Part shown: positions 25,276 to 34,949 of the stretch, in pieces | Position numbering within the stretch: the first letter of the stretch is position 1 | Layout: each line of letters opens with the position of its first letter | Assembly: GCA_963839205.1 (NCBI GenBank) | Contig: CAWITU010000001.1 | Location: forward strand, 4,643-68,642 | Reading direction: 5' to 3' | DNA from: an uncultured bacterium | GTDB lineage: Bacteria; Patescibacteriota; Minisyncoccia; Phycocordibacterales; CAWITU01 | DNA length: 64,000 nt | Made by a program: the position numbers and the translations under genes | Notes under the pieces: generated by a model | What the model was told of the DNA's origin: nothing | Database searches by the model: none | What the model saw: only the letters and a program-made list of their open reading frames with translations

Positions 25276-27096
25276 ATGTGTGGAATATTTGGATACACTG
25301 GTACCAAAGAGGCAAAAGACGTCCTTCTGGACGGACTAACATCTTTAGAATATCGAGGATATGATTCTGCTGGTATTTTTATTCCTGTTTCTGGGGCAAT
25401 AAAATCTGTCGGGGCCGTTGGGAATCTAAGAAAAAAGATTCCAGAAAGTTTTGGTGGGCAAAGTGGAATCGCTCACCTTCGTTGGGCCACTCATGGCGAG
25501 CCAACCGAAACCAATGCACATCCCCACACCGATTGTTCAAAAGACATTTGGTTAGTTCACAACGGTATTGTTGAAAACTTTAAAGAACTCAAGAATAAAT
25601 TAATAAAAGATGGTCACACTTTTACATCATCAACAGATACTGAAGTCCTATCTCATTTAATTGAGCACTATTTAAAAGAAAAAAATAATTTTGAAGAAGC
25701 AGTTTTTGCCGCCCTTCATGACGTGAGGGGAACATATGGTTTAGCTGTTTCTTATAAGAAAGAACCAAATAAAATTATTGCAGCGCGTATGGGGGCACCA
25801 GTAGTATTAGGTCTCGGAGATAACGAAAATTTTATTGCTTCCGATCCATCTCCAATTTTGCGATATACCAAGAATGTTATTTATCTTCACGATGGAGAAG
25901 TTGCGGTTCTAACTCCTAAAAAACATCAAATTTATAGTTTAGATAAAAATAAAATAAAACGAGGTTACGAAACAATCGATTGGAGTATTGACCAGGCTCA
26001 AAAAAGCGGATATGAGCACTTCATGCTCAAGGAAATTATGGAAGCTCAGGAAGTCATCAACAATACTATTCGTGGAAGATTGTTAGTTGATAAAGGTTTA
26101 GCAAAACTTGGAGGGCTTGAAATGGTCGCAGAAAAACTTAGAAAGATGAAGAGAATTATTATTGTCGGCTGTGGTACAGCTTATTATGCTGGACTTACTG
26201 GTAAGTACATGCTTGAAGAATATGCCGGAATTCCTGTTGAGGTTGAAGCTGGATCAGAATTTAGATACAGAAAACCAATCATAGATGATACAACACTTCT
26301 TTTAGTTATCTCTCAATCAGGGGAAACAGCTGACACCCTTGAGGCGGTTCGAGAGGGAAAGAGAAAAGGGGCCCTAACTATTGGAATTGTTAATACGGTT
26401 GGTTCGACTATCGCGCGCGAAACTGATGCTGGAATTTATAACCATGCAGGACCGGAGATGGGAGTCGCCTCAACCAAAGCTTTTATTTCACAACTTACTA
26501 CTCTCGCCCTCCTAACTATTTTCTTAGGTCGTCAGAGACAAATGTCTGGAACAACCGGCAAAAAGATTGCTGAAGAAATTATCGCACTGCCTGAGAAACT
26601 GAATTCAATTCTCAAACAAAAAGATATTATTGAAAATTTTGCTTTGAAATACAAAGATTATCGAGATTTTCTTTACATTGGCAGAAAATATAATTACTCA
26701 ATTGCATTTGAAGGTGCCCTTAAGCTAAAAGAAGTCTCGTATATTCACGCTGAAGGATATGGAGCTGGCGAGATGAAACATGGACCGCTCGCGATGATTG
26801 ATGAGGATTTTCCAACAATGGCTGTTGTGCCAGATGATAGCGTTTACGAGAAAATGATTTCAAATATTCAGGAAATTAAAGCCCGAAAAGGAAAGGTTAT
26901 TGCCATAACCACCGAAGGCAATGATGACATTAAAACTTTAGTTGAAGATGTAATTTATATTCCCAAAACAATCGAAATGCTTTCGCCAATTCTTTCAATT
27001 GTGCCACTTCAACTATTCGCTTACTACGTTTCGTTGAAAAAAGGATTTAATGTAGACAGGCCTCGCAACTTAGCAAAATCTGTTACGGTTGAGTAG
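25276..27096 (+). CDS. glmS: glutamine--fructose-6-phosphate aminotransferase
   Basis: It has the MCGIFGY N-terminal nucleophile, two SIS domains and the C-terminal NLAKSVTVE. Confidence 0.95.
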   Translation: MCGIFGYTGTKEAKDVLLDGLTSLEYRGYDSAGIFIPVSGAIKSVGAVGNLRKKIPESFGGQSGIAHLRWATHGEPTETNAHPHTDCSKDIWLVHNGIVENFKELKNKLIKDGHTFTSSTDTEVLSHLIEHYLKEKNNFEEAVFAALHDVRGTYGLAVSYKKEPNKIIAARMGAPVVLGLGDNENFIASDPSPILRYTKNVIYLHDGEVAVLTPKKHQIYSLDKNKIKRGYETIDWSIDQAQKSGYEHFMLKEIMEAQEVINNTIRGRLLVDKGLAKLGGLEMVAEKLRKMKRIIIVGCGTAYYAGLTGKYMLEEYAGIPVEVEAGSEFRYRKPIIDDTTLLLVISQSGETADTLEAVREGKRKGALTIGIVNTVGSTIARETDAGIYNHAGPEMGVASTKAFISQLTTLALLTIFLGRQRQMSGTTGKKIAEEIIALPEKLNSILKQKDIIENFALKYKDYRDFLYIGRKYNYSIAFEGALKLKEVSYIHAEGYGAGEMKHGPLAMIDEDFPTMAVVPDDSVYEKMISNIQEIKARKGKVIAITTEGNDDIKTLVEDVIYIPKTIEMLSPILSIVPLQLFAYYVSLKKGFNVDRPRNLAKSVTVE

Positions 27097-27119
27097 AAAA
27101 AATCTGCTATAATTTGGGC

Positions 27120-27443
27120 ATGTCCAAACTATCACTCAAGAAAAACCCAACCCTCAAGGATTATCAGGATTATGTGGCCTTAATGATAAAGGAACGCGGT
27201 TTTGAGAAGGAGACCCTTTCGGAGCTCTTTATGCTCTTTCTTGAAGAAGCTGGAGAGTTAGCCAAATCAGCCAGAAAACACACAGATATTCACATTGATA
27301 AAAATTTAAACAAATTTGAGCTAACACACGAAGCATCTGATACTCTGATGCTCCTCCTCATAATCTGCAACTATCTGAATATTGATCTTGAAAAGGCCTT
27401 TAGAGAAAAGGAGGAAATAAATAAAAAAAGAACCTGGCAATAG
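27120..27443 (+). CDS. MazG-like nucleotide pyrophosphohydrolase domain protein
   Basis: It has the LFLEEAGELAKSARK and HEASDTLMLL helix pattern of the all-alpha NTP-PPase fold. Confidence 0.6.
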   Translation: MSKLSLKKNPTLKDYQDYVALMIKERGFEKETLSELFMLFLEEAGELAKSARKHTDIHIDKNLNKFELTHEASDTLMLLLIICNYLNIDLEKAFREKEEINKKRTWQ

Positions 27444-27471
27444 GTTCTAGGGAATAATATTTTATAAAGTC

Positions 27472-27714
27472 TTAAATTAACTTAGCTTTTTTGAGGGTAG
27501 CGTAAGCACCATTTTTGTTGATGGTCTTGATAGCACGAGTGGAAATAGTGAGAGTGATATATTTTTTGAGTTCAGGAACGTAGATTCTCTTCTTCTGAAG
27601 ATTAGGATATTTTCTGACCATTCCAGTTGGGTTGAATTGGGTAGCACGAGTTCGGTTAGAGTAACCTCCACCCATTCGTGAGCCCTTTTTGGTTATCGGA
27701 CAGATTTTCGCCAT
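27472..27714 (-). CDS. rpmB: 50S ribosomal protein L28
   Basis: MAKICPITKKGSRMGGGYSNRTRATQFNP... Confidence 0.9.
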   Translation of the reverse strand: MAKICPITKKGSRMGGGYSNRTRATQFNPTGMVRKYPNLQKKRIYVPELKKYITLTISTRAIKTINKNGAYATLKKAKLI

Positions 27715-27723
27715 AGTGGAGCT

Positions 27724-28356
27724 ATGCTATCATACGCAGTAATGAGCGTCAATTTCATATTTGAAATAGCCATATTAATCATCTCAGTCATTATTCATGA
27801 GGTTTCTCATGGTGTGGCCGCGGATCTTCAAGGTGACCCAACTGCCAGACTGGAAGGGAGGCTCACTTTAAATCCAATAAAACATATTGATCCACTAGGT
27901 TCAATTGTTATTCCAACGCTCTCATATTTCTTCGGAGGATTTATTGTCGGTTGGGCTAAGCCAGTTCCTTTTAATCCATACAATTTAAGGAACCAAAGAT
28001 GGGGAGAGGCGATTGTGGCTGTTGCGGGCCCTCTTTCTAATGTTTGTATCGCACTAGTATTTGGGTTAGCGATAAGATTTCTTCCCGTCGGTGTTCTGTC
28101 ACCATCACTCATTTCAATCCTGACTTTAATTGTCTTTATCAATTTGATATTAGCTATTTTCAATCTCGTACCAATTGCCCCACTTGATGGCTCAAAAATT
28201 CTTTTTAGTATCTTGCCCTATAGCGCGCGGGGAATTAGAACCTTTATGGAGCAATACTCACTATTTCTGGTCTTAATCTTCATCTTCTTCCTTTGGAAAT
28301 TCATATTGCCAATTGTTTATATCCTCTTCGGTTTGATTACAGGAATGGCATTTTAG
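27724..28356 (+). CDS. site-2 protease family (M50) membrane metalloprotease
   Basis: HEVSHG zinc motif within a polytopic protein, and a later LVPIAPLDGSK motif. Confidence 0.8.
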   Translation: MLSYAVMSVNFIFEIAILIISVIIHEVSHGVAADLQGDPTARLEGRLTLNPIKHIDPLGSIVIPTLSYFFGGFIVGWAKPVPFNPYNLRNQRWGEAIVAVAGPLSNVCIALVFGLAIRFLPVGVLSPSLISILTLIVFINLILAIFNLVPIAPLDGSKILFSILPYSARGIRTFMEQYSLFLVLIFIFFLWKFILPIVYILFGLITGMAF

Positions 28357-28401
28357 GTACCCTTCTTGCAATATAGATTGGCTTATAGTACATTACCTCT
28401 T

Positions 28402-28421
28402 ACGCGAATCTCGCGTTTTTT
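28402..28421 (+). promoter_or_regulatory. 5' leader hairpin plus U-tract upstream of rpsL
   Basis: ACGCGA-ATC-TCGCGT is followed by TTTTT, about 10 nt downstream of a TATAGT -10-like box (28384-28389). Confidence 0.45.
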
Positions 28422-28451
28422 CATTATCTTTCGAATCACTCAAGATAAAAG

Positions 28452-28868
28452 ATGCCCACAATAAACCAATTAGTTAAACACAAAAGAACTAAAACCGCCC
28501 GAAAATCAAAAGCGGTTGCTTTGACTCGTGGTTTTAATGCTTTGAAAAATCGTCCATCTTACTTCATCTCTCCTTTTAAAAGAGGCGTTTGTACTAAAGT
28601 TACTACCAAGACTCCAAAGAAACCAAACTCAGCTATCCGAAAAATCGCTAGAGTCCGTCTTACAAACGGTCTAGAAGTCACAGCTTATATCCCTGGTATT
28701 GGGCACAATCTTCAAGAACATGCTGTGGTGTTGCTAAGAGGTGGTCGTGTTAAAGACGTTGGTCTTAGATACACAATCGTTCGAGGTATGCTCGACGCTG
28801 GTGGTGTTGAAGGTAGAAGACAGTCGCGTTCACAATACGGTGCTAAAAGACCTAAAGATAAGAAATAA
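28452..28868 (+). CDS. rpsL: 30S ribosomal protein S12
   Basis: MPTINQLVK.., [17 protein letters not shown]. Confidence 0.97.
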   Translation: MPTINQLVKHKRTKTARKSKAVALTRGFNALKNRPSYFISPFKRGVCTKVTTKTPKKPNSAIRKIARVRLTNGLEVTAYIPGIGHNLQEHAVVLLRGGRVKDVGLRYTIVRGMLDAGGVEGRRQSRSQYGAKRPKDKK

Positions 28869-28873
28869 TTAAT

Positions 28874-29344
28874 ATGCGTAGAAAAGTCCGAAATCGAAAT
28901 ATGGTAGAAGCTGATCTCGTTTTTAATTCCGAGAAGGTTTCTAAATTCATCAACTATGTTATGGGAAGTGGTAAGAAAAATACTGCTCGAAAAATCGTCT
29001 ATGGAGCTTTTGATGCTTTGAAGGAAAAAGCTAAGACTGAAAATCCAATTGAACTCTTTGAAACTGCTTTGAAAAACACATCCCCAGCTATGGAAGTTCG
29101 TTCAAGACGAGTTGGAGGTGCTAACTATCAGGTTCCTCGTGAAGTTCGCCCAGAAAGACGAAACTATTTGTCCATGAAATGGATTATTGAAGCCGCTAGA
29201 GCTAAAAAGGGCCAGCCAATGCATCTTAAATTAGCTGATGAAATCATTGCCGCTTCAAAAAATGAAGGCGAGGCAGTTAAGAAGCGTGAAAATGTTCACA
29301 AAATGGCTGAAGCCAACAAGGCTTTTGCTCACTTCGCTTGGTAA
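28874..29344 (+). CDS. rpsG: 30S ribosomal protein S7
   Basis: GKKNTARKIVY.., VRSRRVGGANYQVP, AFAHFAW. Confidence 0.97.
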   Translation: MRRKVRNRNMVEADLVFNSEKVSKFINYVMGSGKKNTARKIVYGAFDALKEKAKTENPIELFETALKNTSPAMEVRSRRVGGANYQVPREVRPERRNYLSMKWIIEAARAKKGQPMHLKLADEIIAASKNEGEAVKKRENVHKMAEANKAFAHFAW

Positions 29345-29409
29345 GCTGAAGGCTTATCCCGAGCTTTGTCGAGGGATTATTTTAAATTAATTAGTAATTA
29401 AAGTTATAC

Positions 29410-31559
29410 ATGAATAGAGACTACCCATTAGATAGAGTAAGAAATTTTGGTATCATTGCTCACATTGACGCTGGAAAGACTACAACTTCCGAGCGTATTT
29501 TGTATTACACTGGTATGAGTCACAAAATCGGTGAAGTGCATGATGGAAATACCGTAACTGACTGGATGGAACAAGAAAGAGAGAGAGGTATCACAATTAC
29601 TTCTGCCGCTATTACTTGTTTTTGGAATCCAACATACATGGGTGCGGATGTTTCAAAAAAACATCGTTTTAATATTATTGATACCCCAGGTCACATGGAC
29701 TTTACTGCTGAAGTAAAAAGATCTCTTCGAGTTCTCGACGGTGCAGTCGTTGTTTTTGACGGTGTTGCCGGTGTAGAACCTCAATCAGAAACAAACTGGA
29801 GATAAGCTGATGATGGAAATGTTCCAAGAATTTGTTTTATAAATAAATTGGACAGAATGGGTGCTAGTTTTGAAAGATCATTCCAATCAATTCTTGATCG
29901 TTTGAATAAAAATGCAGTCAGAATGCAGATTCCAATGGGAGCAGAAGAAAATTTTGAAGGAGTAATTGATCTTCTTAAAATGAAAGCTTATCTATTTTGA
30001 AGGCGAAATGGGTATTAAGATTCGTGAAGAAGAAATTCCTGAAGAATATAAAGCGGAAGCTAAGAAATATCGAGACATGCTTAGTTGAGAAAATTGTTGA
30101 ACATGATGATGTTCTCATGCAGGCTATCTTGAAGGTAGGAGCCAACAATTGATCAGCTTAAAGCAACTCTTCGAAAGGCAACACTCGCAAGTAAAACTTA
30201 TTCCAGTATTTACTGGTTCAGCTCTCAAAAATAAAGGAGTTCAGCTCGTACTTGATGCTGTTGTTGAATATCTTCCAAGTCCACTTAGATATTCCACCAG
30301 TAAACGGAATTGATCCAAATACAGGTGAGGAGATTATTCAGACATGCATCAGATACAGAGCCATTTTCTGCACTTGCTTTCAAACTTCAAACAGATCCAT
30401 TCGTAGGTCAGCTAACATTCTTCAGAGTTTATTCTGGAACAATTGAGTCAGGAACTTATATTTACAATTCAACAACAGGAGACAAAGAAAGATTGGGAAG
30501 AATTGTTCGCCTTCAAGCTGATAAAAGAGAAGAAGTACAAAAAGTATTTGCTGGAGAAATTGCTGCTGCCGTTGGACTTAAAGACCGCAAAAACTTCTCA
30601 TACTTTTTGTGATGAAACAAATCCAATCATTCTTGACCCAATCAAATTCGTAGACCCAGTTATGTCTCTTCGTATTGAACCAAAGACAAAAGCTGATCAG
30701 GAAAAAATGGGTATGGCACTTAAGAAACTTTCTGATGAAGATCCAACATTTAAAATCAGTTCAAACTCTGAAACAGGGGAGACAATTATTTCTGGTATGG
30801 GTGAGCTTCACCTTGAAATTATGGTTGATCGTATGAAGAGAGAATTTTCTGTTGATGCAAATGTCGGAAAGCCACAAGTAGCTTACCGAGAAACAATTAC
30901 TGGTACAGCCGAAGCGGAACACAAATACATCAAGCAATCTGGAGGTAAGGGTCAGTACGGTCACGTTAAAATTACTATCAGTCCAATGAAACCTCTTGTT
31001 GAAGGAGAGAAAATTCCTAAGAATGTTAAGCGTTCTGAATACTTTGAATTTATCGATTCGATTAAAGGAGGTGCTATTCCTCAAGAATTTATTCCAGCCG
31101 TTGAAAAGGGTGTGCGTGAAGCAACAGAAAGAGGAATTGTTGCAGGATTTAAAATGGTTAATGTTTCTTGTGAACTTACTTACGGTTCATATCACGATGT
31201 GGACTCATCAGAAATTGCATACAAGATTGCCGCTTCTCAAGCTTTCCAGGATGCTGCTAAAAGAGCTCGACCAGTTATTCTTGAACCAATCATGAAAGTT
31301 GAAGTTACTGTTCCAGAAAAATTCTTCGGTGATATTACTGGAAATCTTTCATCCAAGAGAGCCACGATTGAAGGATTTGAAGATAAACCAGGCGGAGTTA
31401 AGCTCATTAGAGCTAAAGTGCCTCTTTCTGAAATGTTCGGATATACCACAACTCTTAGATCAATGACTGAAGGTAGAGGAAATGCACCGATGGAATTTTC
31501 ATCATTACGAAATCGTTCCACCAAACGTAGAAAAAACTATTGTTGAAGCCAGAAAATAG
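29410..31559 (+). pseudogene. fusA: elongation factor G, disrupted by one in-frame TAA (29806-29808, at the conserved Gln of ..WRQA..) and at least 9 single-base indels
   Basis: The G domain is intact ([14 protein letters not shown]). Hand translation can then be followed across all three frames: ..KAY|[30 protein letters not shown]|[14 protein letters not shown]|YLEG|[20 protein letters not shown]|[30 protein letters not shown]|[18 protein letters not shown]|[17 protein letters not shown]|[11 protein letters not shown].. A last shift near 31497 restores ..[18 protein letters not shown]. Confidence 0.9.
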
Positions 31560-31621
31560 CAATCTCTATTGTTATTTAGCCTATAAAGCGTAGTCTTATA
31601 TACGAAAGGAGGTGATTCAAA

Positions 31622-32203
31622 ATGGATTCACCTGTTGATATTTCTAATAAGAAAATTCTTTTCATTGGAGAAAAGAAGGAAGAATGTGAGTTGATTGAGA
31701 AGCAATTTGGTCAGGCAGTCTTTGCCGTCAGACATTTTGCTGGTAATGAATTTGTGAAGAGGCCGAGTGATTATCTGATAATTGATGCAAGCCGTAGACT
31801 CCAAATTGTCTACCCAGCCAAAAATGGGAAAAAGAAGGACGAAAGGGTAACTGCATTCAAAAAAACTTTCAGACACCAGGTTCACAACGCTTTGCTTAAT
31901 CGCATGGCGAAAAAAGTTGCTATCATAGTCGAGCACGGGGAATATTGGGCAACTGTCTTGGTTGCAGATCGACGTTTTCCAAAGTTGCGGTCAAAATTAG
32001 TTAGTTGCTGTTCGTATTATTACAAGGGACCGCAAGATGAAAAGGAGGAACACCTTAAGTTCGTAAATTCGTTTGAAAATGGTTGGACGGTTAAGGTCGG
32101 AAACCTTTTCTCTGAAAAGTTACCTCGCAGACTGACAATTAGGGCTGAAATCGATTACGGTCTAATTATCAGTGAAATAGAAAAGGAAAAAACAATGAAA
32201 TAG
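31622..32203 (+). CDS. hypothetical protein (193 aa) inserted between fusA and tuf
   Basis: It has the strong RBS AAGGAGGTGA 7 nt upstream of the ATG and its own terminator. No family recognised. Confidence 0.6.
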   Translation: MDSPVDISNKKILFIGEKKEECELIEKQFGQAVFAVRHFAGNEFVKRPSDYLIIDASRRLQIVYPAKNGKKKDERVTAFKKTFRHQVHNALLNRMAKKVAIIVEHGEYWATVLVADRRFPKLRSKLVSCCSYYYKGPQDEKEEHLKFVNSFENGWTVKVGNLFSEKLPRRLTIRAEIDYGLIISEIEKEKTMK

Positions 32204-32237
32204 CCCCGCGACATAATGAAAATGTCGCGGGGCTTTT
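32202..32237. terminator. bidirectional terminator, 13-bp perfect stem AGCCCCGCGACAT/ATGTCGCGGGGCT
   Basis: It sits between the convergent 31622 ORF and the pheA-like gene. A T-run follows on the plus strand. Confidence 0.8.
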
Positions 32238-32250
32238 AGTTGTGAAATAC

Positions 32251-33099
32251 TTACCCAACTGTTTTTGGGAACGAGCCCAAAACGTGAACTTGGCCTTGGG
32301 TAACAGACATAATGTTGGCGATAATTTTTCTGCCAACGTCGTCGTCTTGATGGCAGTCGAACTCAAGGTAGTTAGCGTAGGTTCCGGACCGACCCAACGA
32401 TACTGACTCGATCGAATAGAGGTTCGATCCGAGATCGGCAATCAGGTTTTAGAATATCCTAAGTGCACCGACTCTATCTGGGCAACCGACACGCAAGGGC
32501 GGTTTAATCTCGCCCAGTAACCTTTGATGGTGATTATTTGAAACAATATGAAAACGAGTTCGGTTATCCATATCGTCGTGAATGTCAGGCAAAACCTCAA
32601 GCGTCTCACCAAAAATGTTCGAGGCCGTTATTGAGGCAATTGCTCCCCAACTCGGATCGTTCTTTTCAATGATTTCTCGTACTGCTTTGGTATTGCTTTG
32701 TGATGCCACTCTGACGCTGATACCTAACTTTGTGAGCGTTTCGGCACATTGCCCAAGTGATTTGGTATGAGATACAACCTTTAACCCTTCGGTTTTAGTA
32801 ACACCTGGCAAGGTAAGGAGGCATTGTCTGATCGGTATTTCAATTTCACCGACCACTGTTAGAAAATCCGTCTTGGTTTTGAGCCAGTATCCCTTAATGA
32901 CCTCAGGGACGTAACCATCAATCGAATTCTCGATAGGCACAACCCCCAAAAAATCACCGTTACCCCTTTCGGCCTTATGTAGAACATCCAAGTTGTCTTC
33001 GCAGGCATCAAAACGTGCATGACCGTCACCATTTTGACAAACCAGCGTTTCAGCTGCTTCGAAGCCAAATGAGCCACGTTCAAGTGATAAATATTTCAT
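32251..33099 (-). pseudogene. prephenate dehydratase-like protein (PDT + ACT domains) with in-frame TAA at 32449-32451
   Basis: PDT-domain motifs are present (VVPIENSIDGYV, TRFHIV). After the stop, the same frame continues for 65 codons as a typical ACT domain (..DRVGALRIF*NLIADLGSNLYSIES..YLEFDCHQDD..VHVLGSFP). Confidence 0.7.
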
Positions 33100-33156
33100 T
33101 TTTAACGTTCTCCCTTCTTTTGAACTGATATTATGCCAAAAGGCAGAATAATCAAG

Positions 33157-33184
33157 TTGACAATATTATTGGTGATGATAGGAT
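33157..33184 (+). promoter_or_regulatory. tuf promoter TTGACA-16 nt-TAGGAT
   Basis: TTGACA lies at 33157-33162 and TAGGAT at 33179-33184. It is followed by hairpin ACGC-GTAAAA-GCGT + CTTTTT at about 33192-33210. Confidence 0.55.
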
Positions 33185-33336
33185 TATGCCCACGCGTAAA
33201 AGCGTCTTTTTCATTTATGGTCACGTCGGCTCTAAGAGGAACCATTATCAAATCGGCAATAAGTTACTTCTTCTAAGGCAATCTCGCGCCTTTAGAAGAG
33301 GAGAATTATAAGCCACAATTAATAAACTATAAGCAT

Positions 33337-34524
33337 ATGGCAGACTTTGATAGATCAAAGCCACACGTAAACGTTGGTACCATTGGCCACGTCGACCATG
33401 GGAAGACTACGCTTACGGCGGCTATTTTGAACGTTCTCCACAGAGCTGGTATGGACGTCAAACTTAGAGGAGTAGATCAAATTGACTCCGCTCCAGAAGA
33501 AAAGGCAAGAGGTATTACTATCGCCCTTTCACACAACGAGTATTCAACAGCTAAGCGTCACTACGCTCACATTGATGCTCCAGGACACGCCGACTACATT
33601 AAGAACATGATTACTGGTGCCGCTCAAATGGACGGTGCTATTCTTGTCGTTGCCGCAACTGATGGTGTTATGCCTCAGACTCGTGAGCACGTTCTTCTTG
33701 CAAAACAAGTTGGAGTACCAAAGATTATCGTTTTCCTTAACAAGTGCGATATGGTTCCTGATAAAGAACTTATTGACCTTGTTGAAGAGGAAGTTAGAGA
33801 GCTTCTAGAAAAGCAAGGTTTTGATAAGGACTGTCCTGTTATTAGAGGATCAGCTCTCAAGGCCCTTGAAGCTAAAACCAATGATGATGAATGGTCAAAG
33901 AAAGTTCTTGAACTTACTGACGCTCTCGATAATTACATCCCAGTTCCAATTCGTGAGACAGACAAACCATTCCTTATGCCAGTTGAAGACATCTTCTCAA
34001 TTGAAGGACGAGGTACTGTTGTAACAGGCCGTATTGAAAGAGGAACTGTTAAGGTTGGTGAAGAAATTGAAGTTATCGGTCTTAAAGACACAGCTAAGAC
34101 AGTTGTAACCGGTATTGAAATGTTCAATAAGTCTCTTCAGGAGGGTATTGCTGGAGACAACGCTGGTATTCTTCTTAGAGGTCTTAAGAAAGAAGATATT
34201 CACCGAGGACAGGTTTTGGCTAAACCAGGATCTGTAACACCTCATACTGAATTTGAGGCTGAAGTATATATCTTGAAGAAAGAGGAAGGTGGACGTCACA
34301 CTCCATTCTTCACTGGATACAAACCACAGTTCTACATCAGAACTACAGACGTTACTGGAGAAGTAACTTTGAAGCCAGGAGTAGAAATGGTTATGCCAGG
34401 TGATACTGTAACTTTCATGGTAAAGCTCGTTGCCCCAGTCGCCCTTGAAGAAAAGCAAAGAATGGCTATTCGAGAAGGTGGTAAGACTGTCGGTGCCGGT
34501 GTTGTTACTAAAATCGTCAAATAA
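33337..34524 (+). CDS. tuf: elongation factor Tu
   Basis: [29 protein letters not shown]. Confidence 0.98.
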   Translation: MADFDRSKPHVNVGTIGHVDHGKTTLTAAILNVLHRAGMDVKLRGVDQIDSAPEEKARGITIALSHNEYSTAKRHYAHIDAPGHADYIKNMITGAAQMDGAILVVAATDGVMPQTREHVLLAKQVGVPKIIVFLNKCDMVPDKELIDLVEEEVRELLEKQGFDKDCPVIRGSALKALEAKTNDDEWSKKVLELTDALDNYIPVPIRETDKPFLMPVEDIFSIEGRGTVVTGRIERGTVKVGEEIEVIGLKDTAKTVVTGIEMFNKSLQEGIAGDNAGILLRGLKKEDIHRGQVLAKPGSVTPHTEFEAEVYILKKEEGGRHTPFFTGYKPQFYIRTTDVTGEVTLKPGVEMVMPGDTVTFMVKLVAPVALEEKQRMAIREGGKTVGAGVVTKIVK

Positions 34525-34555
34525 ATTAAATCGTCCGCCTAGGTGGACATAACTC

Positions 34556-34939
34556 ATGAAGACTGAAACAGCAAAGATAAAAAAGACGACGCCGAAGGCC
34601 AAAGCGAAAGCACCGGCTTTGAAACCAGAAGGTATTTCCAAACTGCGTATTCGCGTTAGGGCATATGAATCCAAAATCCTTGACGCGTCTGTAAAGCAGA
34701 TCATGGACACGGCTTTACGGTTTGATGCTACTGTTTTGGGACCAGTTCCACTTCCAACTGAAATCAAGAAGTACACTGTTAACCGATCTTCTTTCATCTA
34801 CAAAAATGCGCGAGAACAATTTGAGATGAGAACACACAAAAGATTGATTGATATTGTTAACCCTTCAGCTAAAGTAATCGAATCACTTACGAACCTAAGT
34901 CTTCCATCAGGTGTTGATATTGATGTGAAGATGATGTAA
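34556..34939 (+). CDS. rpsJ: 30S ribosomal protein S10 with ~25-aa Lys/Ala-rich N-terminal extension
   Basis: The core reads KLRIRVRAYESKILD..THKRLIDI. No internal Met would allow a shorter form. Confidence 0.93.
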   Translation: MKTETAKIKKTTPKAKAKAPALKPEGISKLRIRVRAYESKILDASVKQIMDTALRFDATVLGPVPLPTEIKKYTVNRSSFIYKNAREQFEMRTHKRLIDIVNPSAKVIESLTNLSLPSGVDIDVKMM

Positions 34940-34949
34940 AACATCTACC

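Noticed and set aside
29806-29808. I considered an alternative genetic code (TAA/TAG or TGA read as sense) as the explanation for the in-frame stops.
   Set aside because: About 70 genes inspected by eye end at TAA or TAG exactly where the protein families end. The apparent TGA 'stops' in rplB and the PurM-like gene are followed by out-of-frame continuation, so they are true frameshifts. A local lesion is the simpler explanation.
30252-30612. The track lists separate ORFs at 30252-30446, 30310-30612 and 30443-31546.
   Set aside because: All three are fragments of the single disrupted fusA reading frame.
32169-32441. The track lists a 90-aa minus-strand ORF downstream of the pheA-like gene.
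   Set aside because: It is in the wrong frame. The frame contiguous with the PDT domain (after the TAA) gives a textbook ACT domain across the same nucleotides.
33997-34797. A 266-aa minus-strand ORF overlaps tuf and rpsJ.
   Set aside because: It is antisense to two unmistakable, highly conserved genes. The translation is serine- and phenylalanine-rich nonsense.
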